From a virus (taxonomy: Duplodnaviria; Caudoviricetes), in IMG/VR virus record IMGVR_UViG_3300028280_000187: 64,000 nt of DNA; one strand, 5' to 3'. Made by a program: the position numbers and the translations under genes. Under the pieces are notes generated by a model. It did no database searches and had not been told where the DNA came from. It saw only the letters and a list, made by a program, of their open reading frames with translations. This document shows, piece after piece, positions 9,473 through 18,284 of this stretch; within the stretch, counting starts at the first letter, position 1, and each line of letters opens with the position of its first letter.

Positions 9473-11321
9473 TCAATCTACTATAGGAAACAGTCTTGCA
9501 AAATCTCTTTTGAGCAATCGAAAGTCGCAAGAAAATCCTATTTTACAGAATATTAAAAGTGGCATATATAAAGCCATAACTGTTGGAGGAAAACCAGATC
9601 CAGAAGGACGAGGACGTATAGCGGCTTATGTTCCTAAATTGGGCGGAGATCCAGATGAGCCAATGTATTTTATGTATGCAAGTTCTTTCGGAGGCTCAAA
9701 CTCTCAAGGTTCATATGGTATGTTCTCTGTCCCACCAGATGGCGGAGTTACTATATTAGTTTTCTTTGCAGATAACGGAAATCTAAACGAAGGTTATTGG
9801 TTCGCAGTTGCACAAGAAGTTCCCGGCACTGTACCAGGTGGTGCGGCAGGTACTGCCAATCCTGACGGCAGTGGAATGGGTGAAGGAATTGCCAAAGATG
9901 TTAAAGTTGCAAAGTCTACACCTAACACATTAGCAGAATTACAAAATACAGATGAAGCAGACCAAGGAAATTCTAACAGAAATGTAAACTCAGCAAGTCA
10001 AGGTATATTTTCTGATAATAAACGAGGACAATCTACTGCAAGTCCATTACGTGATGCAAACTATGAAACAACGCAACACTCAAAAGTTTATGGCTGGACT
10101 ACACCAGGTGGTAATGGAATTACAATGGATGATGGGTCTGTCGGAGACGATGGCACAATACACCCTAATCAAATTAGAATTTCGACAGGTTCAGGCGCAC
10201 AAGTTATTGTTGATGGCACAAATGATTTTGTATATGCAATCAATAGTTCAGGTTCCGGTTGGGTTGAAATTGGAGCAGATGGTGAAGTGATGGTTTATGC
10301 TGAAGGATCATTGTCGATGCGTACAGAAAAAGATTTCAATCTACGTGCAGATAAAAATATAAACCTTGAAGCTGGTGAAAATATTAATCTACATGCTATA
10401 AACAATTATAATATTAACGTAGATAATCAAATGCATACTAAGACTATTGGTTCGCAGTTTTATGAAAGTGGTGGGTCACTACATCAGAAAGTTGAAACAA
10501 GTATGTATGTTTCTACAGTTAATGGCAAGCTACATCTTAATGGTCCTATGGCTTCTATCGCTTATGATATACCATTAGAAACACAACCAGATATTCAGAA
10601 TTTAGAAAACACAGTAATTGAAAAAAGTATTATACCTAAATTCCCAACACATGAACCTTTCTTGCGTGGTACAGAAACAGTACAAAAAGCCGCAGATGGG
10701 TCTACGCCTGGCGAGAATAACAACGAAACACAAAACGCTGGTAATGAAATAGCAAGTGATCCAAATAGTGCATCTGGACAAATGGATGCCGCAAATCAAG
10801 ATTCAAATGAAACATCAAACGAAGATGTTCCTGGGCTTCCTCCCGGAGAAGGCTTGGCATCTATACGTGCAAGTAATGGAGTAGGCTGTCAGGTTGCGGC
10901 AATATTCCAATCTAACTTCCAAGGATTAATTGATGATTTAGAAGCAACCGGATACGTTATTAAAACATTGGGCGGTTACTGTAATAGAAATCAAAGAGGT
11001 GGTTCAAGACCTAGCTTCCATGCAATGGGAGCCGCAATAGATATTAATGCATATGCACCAAACGGATATGCACGAACAAGACCAGCTGGTTGGAATCCAG
11101 GTGTGACTAGAGGCGCAGACCAAGGCTGTGACTTCCCACTTAACATCGGTGAGATAGCCGCAAGGCATGGTTTAGGTTGGGGCGGAAACTGGAGTGCTCC
11201 ATGGGATCCAATGCATTTCTCAGCCGCAAGTGCAGAAAGAGGCGCATACCGATTAACTCGTTCATACAGTGTAGCAGATAGTTCTTCTGTTACAGGAACA
11301 ACCGCAGTGAGGTTAGCGTAA
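9465..11321 (+). CDS. gp5: Baseplate spike gp5 with C-terminal peptidase M15 domain
   Basis: DPEGRGRI..YVP..G OB-fold, GMFSVPP.G..VLV.F, beta-helix repeats, P.HEP motif, then SFHAMGAAIDIN / WGGNW / DPMHF Zn-peptidase M15 motifs. Confidence 0.85.
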   Translation: MANQSTIGNSLAKSLLSNRKSQENPILQNIKSGIYKAITVGGKPDPEGRGRIAAYVPKLGGDPDEPMYFMYASSFGGSNSQGSYGMFSVPPDGGVTILVFFADNGNLNEGYWFAVAQEVPGTVPGGAAGTANPDGSGMGEGIAKDVKVAKSTPNTLAELQNTDEADQGNSNRNVNSASQGIFSDNKRGQSTASPLRDANYETTQHSKVYGWTTPGGNGITMDDGSVGDDGTIHPNQIRISTGSGAQVIVDGTNDFVYAINSSGSGWVEIGADGEVMVYAEGSLSMRTEKDFNLRADKNINLEAGENINLHAINNYNINVDNQMHTKTIGSQFYESGGSLHQKVETSMYVSTVNGKLHLNGPMASIAYDIPLETQPDIQNLENTVIEKSIIPKFPTHEPFLRGTETVQKAADGSTPGENNNETQNAGNEIASDPNSASGQMDAANQDSNETSNEDVPGLPPGEGLASIRASNGVGCQVAAIFQSNFQGLIDDLEATGYVIKTLGGYCNRNQRGGSRPSFHAMGAAIDINAYAPNGYARTRPAGWNPGVTRGADQGCDFPLNIGEIAARHGLGWGGNWSAPWDPMHFSAASAERGAYRLTRSYSVADSSSVTGTTAVRLA

Positions 11322-11959
11322 TGTTATTTGATAAAAGAAAAGGGTCATTGCTAAATTATATTCAACTTCCGTTGAATGTTGTAACTCCTAATGGCACTTA
11401 TTTAGGTACGGGCTACAAAGAAACCGGTGAGCCTACTTATATATTATCACACGTTAGATTGACATGCTTTCCAATAACAGATTTAATATTCAGTGAAATG
11501 AGTAAGAATGCAATCATTGATACAAACAAACCTATGTTAGAGATAACAGATGATACTGTTGGGTTTGGTTATAAAATAACAAATACAGAAAAGCGTTATG
11601 GATATATAACCGTTGCCTCACAGAGAATAGACATAGGTACAGGCAAAATTACAAAACCAATGGCAAACTTTATATTAGAAAAGCAATTACGTAATATAGG
11701 AAATGTTTTAGAAAAGTTTGTTAAGAAAGAATTATCTCAACCACAATTTGATGCATTGTTATATTATTTCTTCAATGAAGGCGTTGATAAAATTGAAGGA
11801 CATCCTATCATTGCATTGATTAATAATGAAAAATGGTATAATATTACAGATGAAATTCAGACTAATATTAAAAAGAATAACGGCCAGATTAATGAAAAAC
11901 TAGCCGCTATGAAAATTAAAACTTCTAAGATGTGGAGTTTTGTTCCTGGCTTTAGTTAG
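11321..11959 (+). CDS. Degenerate GH24 lysozyme-like virion protein
   Basis: TVGFGY and LSQPQFDALLYYFFNEG resemble GH24 (TIGYG; L.Q.QFDALVSF.FN.G); catalytic residues not apparent. Confidence 0.6.
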   Translation: MLFDKRKGSLLNYIQLPLNVVTPNGTYLGTGYKETGEPTYILSHVRLTCFPITDLIFSEMSKNAIIDTNKPMLEITDDTVGFGYKITNTEKRYGYITVASQRIDIGTGKITKPMANFILEKQLRNIGNVLEKFVKKELSQPQFDALLYYFFNEGVDKIEGHPIIALINNEKWYNITDEIQTNIKKNNGQINEKLAAMKIKTSKMWSFVPGFS

Positions 11960-12303
11960 GCTACCTCTTTAAAACCAAAATTAGCAACTACTGATTGCTT
12001 GCCATCTTCATCTTCCACAATGTCACCAACACTAACACTGTACATACGAGACAAACGCTCAATGTCTTCTTCTGGGCCCATGTTCCCTACATGAAACACG
12101 CCCTCTAAACTATCAGCAGTGATGTTACTAACATGCGTGTAGTATCCACGATTGAATGCATCACGGGCAACCATACCTGTGTCATTCTTTGAAAAATTCA
12201 TATCTAATTTCAATGATTGCTTATGAACAGCATCATGTCCTTCTTCATTGATTAAATCAATTTCTGCATCTGTAAGATGAATTTGATATAACTTGTATTT
12301 CAT
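11956..12303 (-). CDS. YodL-like domain protein
   Basis: YKLYQI...LEGVF..GN...MYSVSVGDIV resembles the YodL SxSVxDxV signature; AGAGAGG SD and its own promoter. Confidence 0.55.
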   Translation of the reverse strand: MKYKLYQIHLTDAEIDLINEEGHDAVHKQSLKLDMNFSKNDTGMVARDAFNRGYYTHVSNITADSLEGVFHVGNMGPEEDIERLSRMYSVSVGDIVEDEDGKQSVVANFGFKEVA

Positions 12304-12333
12304 ATTAGTAACCTCTCTGTTGATTATGTAATT

Positions 12334-12361
12334 AATATAACACGATTCGCTAGTTTGTCAA
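12334..12361 (-). promoter_or_regulatory. Early sigma70 promoter with GANTC in spacer
   Basis: TTGACA-AACTAGCGAATCGTGT-TATATT. Confidence 0.8.
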
Positions 12362-12364
12362 GTT

Positions 12365-12718
12365 TTAGTCTAAACGTGAACCACAAGAAGCATTAAACCC
12401 AGCAGAAGACATTACATCTGCATATGCCTGAGCACCTGCTTCTTTAACATCAACATTTTGTACGTTAACTTTACCTGGATTCCAGATTTGCCACGCTTTG
12501 CCAGTCCAATCTTTTGAAAATCCCATAGATTCTAACACTCTACGTTCTTCTTTACCTAGCTTAGTATTGCCCTTATTTTCAGGACGAACAGTAACCCATG
12601 CAAAACCACAGGGATAATTGTCCTTACCACCTAGTTTTGAATTGAAATAATCTAAAGAAGCCTGATTTGCTTTTGATTCTGCTAACACACTTAGTTCTTT
12701 TACTGTCATTGTAGTCAT
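12365..12718 (-). CDS. Conserved phage hypothetical protein (CGFAWV motif)
   Basis: 117 aa ORF with AGAGAGGG SD and promoter; CGFAWV...KEAGA.AYA.V...G...SRLD pattern. Confidence 0.75.
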   Translation of the reverse strand: MTTMTVKELSVLAESKANQASLDYFNSKLGGKDNYPCGFAWVTVRPENKGNTKLGKEERRVLESMGFSKDWTGKAWQIWNPGKVNVQNVDVKEAGAQAYADVMSSAGFNASCGSRLD

Positions 12719-12750
12719 ATTTAAACCCTCTCTTTATTGAATATACTATT

Positions 12751-12778
12751 ATTATACTACGATTCGCTAATCTGTCAA
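12751..12778 (-). promoter_or_regulatory. Early sigma70 promoter with GANTC in spacer
   Basis: TTGACA-GATTAGCGAATCGTAG-TATAAT. Confidence 0.85.
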
Positions 12779-12790
12779 GTTTTTAGCCAT

Positions 12791-12833
12791 AAAAAAACGG
12801 GTTAAATTGCATTTAATTACATTTTAACCCGTT
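12791..12833 (-). terminator. Intrinsic terminator after clpP; also holds tandem TTAA-N7-TTAA boxes
   Basis: Inverted repeat AACGGGTTAAA (12796-12806) / TTTAACCCGTT (12823-12833) followed by a T run on the minus strand. Confidence 0.75.
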
Positions 12834-12847
12834 AAGTATTAGACTAC

Positions 12848-13450
12848 TTACTGATTTTCAGGTCTTTCATTGATAATTTTATCAATTAACCCGTATTCTA
12901 GTGCCTCTTCTGGGCCCATGAACTTATCACGTTCCATATCACTATAGAAATCTTCATAAGTTTTGCCTTTAGAGTTATGTTTTACATAGATACTAGTCAA
13001 ACTTTCTTTAACTTTTAAGATTTCTTTGACTTGAATTTCCATGTCAGTTGCCTGTCCACCGGCGCCGCCACTTGGTTGATGTATCATGTGTCTTGCATGA
13101 GGTAACATAAATCGTTTGCCGGGAGCTCCCGCAGTTGCCAATAATGAACCCATGCTACATGCTTGACCTAAAACCATTGTTGAAACATCTGGTTGAATGA
13201 ATTGCATAGTATCATAGATTGCCATTCCGGCTGTTACTGCTCCGCCTGGTGAGTTGATATAAAAATGTATATCTTTTGTTGGGTTTTCTGCTTCTAGGAA
13301 CAGAAATTGGGCACAAAGTAAGTCAGACTGATAGTCATTGACTTCACCTGTTAAGAATATAACTCTTTCTTTTAACAAACGTGAGAATATATCAAAGCTA
13401 CGTTCTCCGTTTGCAGTTTGGTCTACGACCATTGGTACTAAGTTTGGCAT
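12848..13450 (-). CDS. clpP: ATP-dependent Clp protease proteolytic subunit
   Basis: [30 protein letters not shown], catalytic ACSMGS, MIHQP, ERD; start at ATG 13450 after GGAG. Confidence 0.97.
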   Translation of the reverse strand: MPNLVPMVVDQTANGERSFDIFSRLLKERVIFLTGEVNDYQSDLLCAQFLFLEAENPTKDIHFYINSPGGAVTAGMAIYDTMQFIQPDVSTMVLGQACSMGSLLATAGAPGKRFMLPHARHMIHQPSGGAGGQATDMEIQVKEILKVKESLTSIYVKHNSKGKTYEDFYSDMERDKFMGPEEALEYGLIDKIINERPENQ

Positions 13451-13487
13451 ACTTTTATTTATTCTCCATTTGTATTTGATTAAATTA

Positions 13488-13516
13488 ATAATAACAGAAA
13501 TTACAACAAAAGTCAA
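13488..13516 (-). promoter_or_regulatory. sigma70 promoter for clpP
   Basis: TTGACT-17 bp-TATTAT on the minus strand. Confidence 0.65.
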
Positions 13517-13542
13517 TACAAAAAGTACGAAGTTTATATGTT

Positions 13543-13550
13543 GATAAATA
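13543..13550 (+). promoter_or_regulatory. Putative late promoter GATAAATA
   Basis: Octamer 26 nt upstream of the gp25 start. Confidence 0.75.
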
Positions 13551-13576
13551 CTCTTAATAAGTATAGAGAGAACATT

Positions 13577-13933
13577 ATGGCAAGATTTATAGGTTTCAGT
13601 ACTAAAAACAAAAGTGCAATCAATCATACTCTAACTGGAAAAGAGTTAGTAGTAGAAGATTTATTGAATAATATCATGACTCGCAAAGGCGAAAGAATTA
13701 TGATGCCTACTTATGGGTCGATTATACATGACCTTATCTTTGAGCCGTTGACCTCTAACATAAGAACACTTATTGAAGAAGATTTAACGAACATCATCAG
13801 CGATGAACCTAGAGTGAATTTAGAGTCCATTAACTTAACTGAAGGTGAGCATACAGTCACAGCATCTATTAGTGTCGCTATATTACCAGATAATGAGCCT
13901 GTAACACTAACAATAGATTTAAAGAGAGAATAA
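13577..13933 (+). CDS. gp25: Baseplate wedge subunit gp25
   Basis: [21 protein letters not shown]...EPRV signature; ATG 13577 after AGAGAG. Confidence 0.92.
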   Translation: MARFIGFSTKNKSAINHTLTGKELVVEDLLNNIMTRKGERIMMPTYGSIIHDLIFEPLTSNIRTLIEEDLTNIISDEPRVNLESINLTEGEHTVTASISVAILPDNEPVTLTIDLKRE

Positions 13934-13937
13934 AAAA

Positions 13938-16900
13938 ATGAGTCAAGAAAGAATAGATAACTTATTTGCAAGTGAAAGCTGGACCAGTGTATACACTGCT
14001 TTCAGTAACGTGAGTTTGAAGTCTTATGATTTCGATACAATACGTGAAAGTTTACTTGCGTACATCAATAAGACATACCCAGAAAAATTTAATGATTTTA
14101 TAGCAAGTTCTGAATTCATTGCGATTTTAGACCTTGTAGCATACTTAGGACATTCACTAGCATTCAGAAGTGATATGAATACACGTGAAAACTTTATGGA
14201 TACGGCTGAACGCCGTGAAAGTATTTTACGTATGGCTAGAACACTTGGTTATACAAAGACACGACCAATCAATGCAAGTGGTATGATGAAAATCACAAGC
14301 GTCACAACTACAGAAGATGTAGCAGACAACGAAGGTAACTCTCTCGCCGGCAACGTTGTTAACTGGAATGACTCAAATGATGTTGACTGGTATGAAAAAT
14401 TCATTACTGTTTTAAATTCTTCATTCAATAAAAATACAAAAATTCAAGATCCTAGTGCAAGTTTGAATATCGGCAATGTTGAAAATTACTTATATGAAGT
14501 AAATGAGAACAAGAATTCTAAATCTATTGCATACGCATTCACATCGAATGTAGCAGGTGCCAATAGACGGTTTGAGGCTGTAAGAGCAAGTATCGAAAAT
14601 AATAAGATTATAGAAGGTGCTCCGCTCAATGATAAAAATTTCACAATCATTAATAGAAATGATAACTTGGGACCTGCATCAGACAGAACAGGTTTCTTCG
14701 TTCTTGCTAAAGCAGGACAACTGCAATTTGAGAACTTTAGATATGGAATAAAGGCATCTAATAGAGTAGAAACATTAACAGATGCAAACGTTTCTAATAC
14801 TGATGTTTGGTTGCACAAATTAGATAGTAACTTAAATTATAAATCAGATGTTACTAAAGTTGACAATGATACACGTGAAACTGCAATCTACAATTCACTT
14901 AGAACTGGAAATGGCGACCTTGTAAATATCTCAACTGGTATTAACAATACAATCGAACTTAGATATCCAGACGGTATATTCGGCAATGCGGCATTCGGTG
15001 ATTATAGAGCATGGTTTAGAACTTGTACAAACGAAAACTTTTCTGTAAATTCAGGCGATATTTCAAACGTTACAATATCTATCCCATATACTGGTGCAGA
15101 TGATAAGTCATACAGACTTACAATTACAATGGCAAGCACTAAAGACTTTGGTGAAAACTTTGCGGGTGAAACATTCACAAGCGTAAGAAGAATTGCACAG
15201 AAATCATATTACGCCCAAGACAGAATGGTCAACGCACAGGACTACAATGTATACCCATTAACATTAGGTAACAACATTGTAAGAAAGCTGAAATCAGTAA
15301 ACACAAGTTTTGCAGGCAATTCTCGTTACTTTGAAATGGATGACGTTACCGGACATCACTCAAACTTAAGCATTACAGGAACAGATGGTTCTGTGTTTGT
15401 TGAAGACGAAAGCCTAAACATGTCATTGTACTTTAATAGGACTAGTGGCAACAGCGATGATTTTATTAGAAATGAACTTTCAAGAGCAATCGGACATCCG
15501 TCATTGTTTAATAAGTTTTATCATTTATACCGAGACGCGGCTAGTATTAATATTGACGTAAATGAATTATATACAAAAAGCCCATTAAATAATTTACAAA
15601 TCGAAGGCACTGCGCCTTGGAATATAGAACAAGGTGACTATGTAAAAATACTAGGAGAGTCAAGTACGGAGTATTATGCAAGAGTTAAAAAAGTTGTTTC
15701 TACAGACCCAGGACAGATTATTTTAGATAGAGTCATTACAGAAAAGGGAACATTGAAATCTGTAATCAGAGGCTACAGAAGTAAATTTACAGAAGCAGAA
15801 ATCACAGCAATCAAAACTCAAAAAATTGATGACTTGAATGTTACATCATTTACTTTATATTATGATGTTGCTCAAGGACAAACAACTAAATGGGAATGGA
15901 AAATATGGGATGGAGTAGTAGACCTCAGTGATAAAATAAAAGTAGAGTATGAATATAATCCTGGCATTCGAACCCACGAAACTATGTATGTTGCCAAAAT
16001 TAACGGCAAGAAAGTTGTGTTTGAAAGCTACGACCAAGTTAGATTTTATTATGGCAACAATGAAGTAGTTGTAGATAATGAAACAAATCTTGCTGAAAGA
16101 GACAAACTATTAATTAACTACTATGATGGCGCTAAGACAGTAACCTCTTCGGACTCAAATATTTCAGATGAGATTACTGTAGGTTATACACCAGTGTCAG
16201 AATTTGCATCAAACGGCAGTGGCGGTGGAACATTCAAGGCAAAATATCGCAACACCGGTGCAGATGTAACATACGACTATGTTGAGAATAACAGTACTAT
16301 TTCGACAGTTGATTATAAACATCAATTAGTATCGCCTGCGGGAATTACATACGACTTGCCAACTAGTGCAATAACTTCACCTGCAACACCAAATAATATC
16401 ATCGGTTCAACTCCTGATTTTGAATTAGAACTTGAAGTTGATGATTTGTCTCAATATGTTTCATTGCTAACGAATGTAGAAGACGATTCGGTTGTAACGA
16501 CAGGGTCTGAAACGCACATTTCACCAAACGGAATGCCAATTGATGGCGAACAGAACGCAGAAGCACAAGCAAACGCAGTAGCATCACATAGTACAATATC
16601 GTCCACTAACTTAAAAAATATACATGGGTTTAAGGGCGAACCTTCTTTATCATATTTTGGTTCTGCACCGACAACAAATAACTTTTTATGGATTGATACT
16701 AGTTCATTACCAACTGGAGAAACAAGAGAGACTGCAACATTTGGTATGACAGGTGTACAAAAAGATTTCATTACAGAATACTTGTCAGGAACTTCATCGT
16801 ATAAATTTACATATCCATATAAGAATTGGAATGTACAACCAGATGGCACAGGCGGAGATGGTATAACACAATCTGATACCGCAGAAAATGATGTTAGATT

Positions 16901-18284
16901 TAAACAGACAGCATACGGTGAAATAAATTTCTCAACATCTGAAACTATAACACAATCTAATATGGTTATCAAAGATAACAACGGACAAATTATATCATCG
17001 AATCATTGTGAATTAGTAGCGGGTGCTGGCAATTCATATAAAATTATATTCTGGACAATAGATCCAGGCACTTCAAGTTTATTAGATGTTTTTGTAGGCG
17101 ATGGTAGTGCCACTACTACATTAGCAGACTTTGGAGTCAAAGTTGTGGCCGATGTACAAGTAGCTAAGAAAGTTGAAGTACAAACATCATCTTACGTTAC
17201 TACAAGTGCATATGTTTATGATGAATATAGAATAAGTTCAGGATACATTGATCCTACAAGAGTTAAATTACTGACATTAAGTGCAGACGGAAATCCATAT
17301 GGATTATTGAATGTATTTAATTTAAAAGATGACCAAGGAAACGTGACTTCATCTAAATTTATTATAGAGTCATACAAATTCAGTCATGCAGGCTATGAAA
17401 ATATAGATTTACATAGAGCATCAAAATCTGCAACAGCGGCACCAAATGCCGGAACAGTTAGTAACCCAACACCAGAAGGCAATTTACCAAGTTATAAAAT
17501 ATGGTTTAACACAGATGATAGCGAATGGTACTTATATCAAGCAGGTACTTGGTCAAAATCGTTTGTGTACTATGAACAATCTCCTACAGTTATTTGGTAT
17601 GGCGACACACAATACTCAGTAGTCGATGGCAAAAGTTTTGTTGAAGACAAATTTATGAGTTATAGATGGGATCATTATGCAGACGTAGATAAAAGAATTG
17701 ATCCTAGTACAAGTAATATCGTTGACATGTATGTTCTTACAAGTGACTATGTAAGACAAGTAAATCAATGGATAGCAGGTGGTTTCAAAACAGCAGTACC
17801 TACATCTCCAAATAATTACGAATTGTCAACATTGATGAGTGGTATTGAACCCAAATCGTCTATTGCAGACCATATTTCATATATACCAGTCAAGTTCAAA
17901 TACTTGTTCGGCAACTTCGCATCTCCTGAAAATCAGGCTACATTCAAAGTTGTTAAGAAATCAGGAACAGCATATACTGACAGTGAGGTCAAGACCGCAG
18001 TGTCAACTAAAGTAAATGAATACTTCGAATTAGATAACTGGGAGTTTGGTGACACATTCTACTTCTCAGAATTAGCATCATACTTACATAATCAACTTGG
18101 AGATTATATTGCAAGTGTTGTTACAACACCTAAATATTCTACTAGCGGTTTTACAGACTTGCTAAGTATTACTAGTGAACCAAATGAAATTTTCTTAAGT
18201 GTAACAACATCAGAAAATGTTAAAATCATTTCAGCAATTTCATCATCAGAACTTCAAGGCGAGGATGTAGTAAGCAATGGCTAA
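13938..18284 (+). CDS. gp6: Baseplate wedge subunit gp6 (extended)
   Basis: YDFDTIRESL, DLVAYLG, ENFMDTAERRESI..LGY, QDRMVNAQDY, W.FG.TFYFSEL motifs. Confidence 0.88.
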   Translation: MSQERIDNLFASESWTSVYTAFSNVSLKSYDFDTIRESLLAYINKTYPEKFNDFIASSEFIAILDLVAYLGHSLAFRSDMNTRENFMDTAERRESILRMARTLGYTKTRPINASGMMKITSVTTTEDVADNEGNSLAGNVVNWNDSNDVDWYEKFITVLNSSFNKNTKIQDPSASLNIGNVENYLYEVNENKNSKSIAYAFTSNVAGANRRFEAVRASIENNKIIEGAPLNDKNFTIINRNDNLGPASDRTGFFVLAKAGQLQFENFRYGIKASNRVETLTDANVSNTDVWLHKLDSNLNYKSDVTKVDNDTRETAIYNSLRTGNGDLVNISTGINNTIELRYPDGIFGNAAFGDYRAWFRTCTNENFSVNSGDISNVTISIPYTGADDKSYRLTITMASTKDFGENFAGETFTSVRRIAQKSYYAQDRMVNAQDYNVYPLTLGNNIVRKLKSVNTSFAGNSRYFEMDDVTGHHSNLSITGTDGSVFVEDESLNMSLYFNRTSGNSDDFIRNELSRAIGHPSLFNKFYHLYRDAASINIDVNELYTKSPLNNLQIEGTAPWNIEQGDYVKILGESSTEYYARVKKVVSTDPGQIILDRVITEKGTLKSVIRGYRSKFTEAEITAIKTQKIDDLNVTSFTLYYDVAQGQTTKWEWKIWDGVVDLSDKIKVEYEYNPGIRTHETMYVAKINGKKVVFESYDQVRFYYGNNEVVVDNETNLAERDKLLINYYDGAKTVTSSDSNISDEITVGYTPVSEFASNGSGGGTFKAKYRNTGADVTYDYVENNSTISTVDYKHQLVSPAGITYDLPTSAITSPATPNNIIGSTPDFELELEVDDLSQYVSLLTNVEDDSVVTTGSETHISPNGMPIDGEQNAEAQANAVASHSTISSTNLKNIHGFKGEPSLSYFGSAPTTNNFLWIDTSSLPTGETRETATFGMTGVQKDFITEYLSGTSSYKFTYPYKNWNVQPDGTGGDGITQSDTAENDVRFKQTAYGEINFSTSETITQSNMVIKDNNGQIISSNHCELVAGAGNSYKIIFWTIDPGTSSLLDVFVGDGSATTTLADFGVKVVADVQVAKKVEVQTSSYVTTSAYVYDEYRISSGYIDPTRVKLLTLSADGNPYGLLNVFNLKDDQGNVTSSKFIIESYKFSHAGYENIDLHRASKSATAAPNAGTVSNPTPEGNLPSYKIWFNTDDSEWYLYQAGTWSKSFVYYEQSPTVIWYGDTQYSVVDGKSFVEDKFMSYRWDHYADVDKRIDPSTSNIVDMYVLTSDYVRQVNQWIAGGFKTAVPTSPNNYELSTLMSGIEPKSSIADHISYIPVKFKYLFGNFASPENQATFKVVKKSGTAYTDSEVKTAVSTKVNEYFELDNWEFGDTFYFSELASYLHNQLGDYIASVVTTPKYSTSGFTDLLSITSEPNEIFLSVTTSENVKIISAISSSELQGEDVVSNG

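Noticed and set aside
13451-13627. N-terminal hydrophobic extension of ClpP in the ORF track
   Set aside because: It overlaps gp25 and both promoters; the true start is MPNLVPMV at 13450 with an SD
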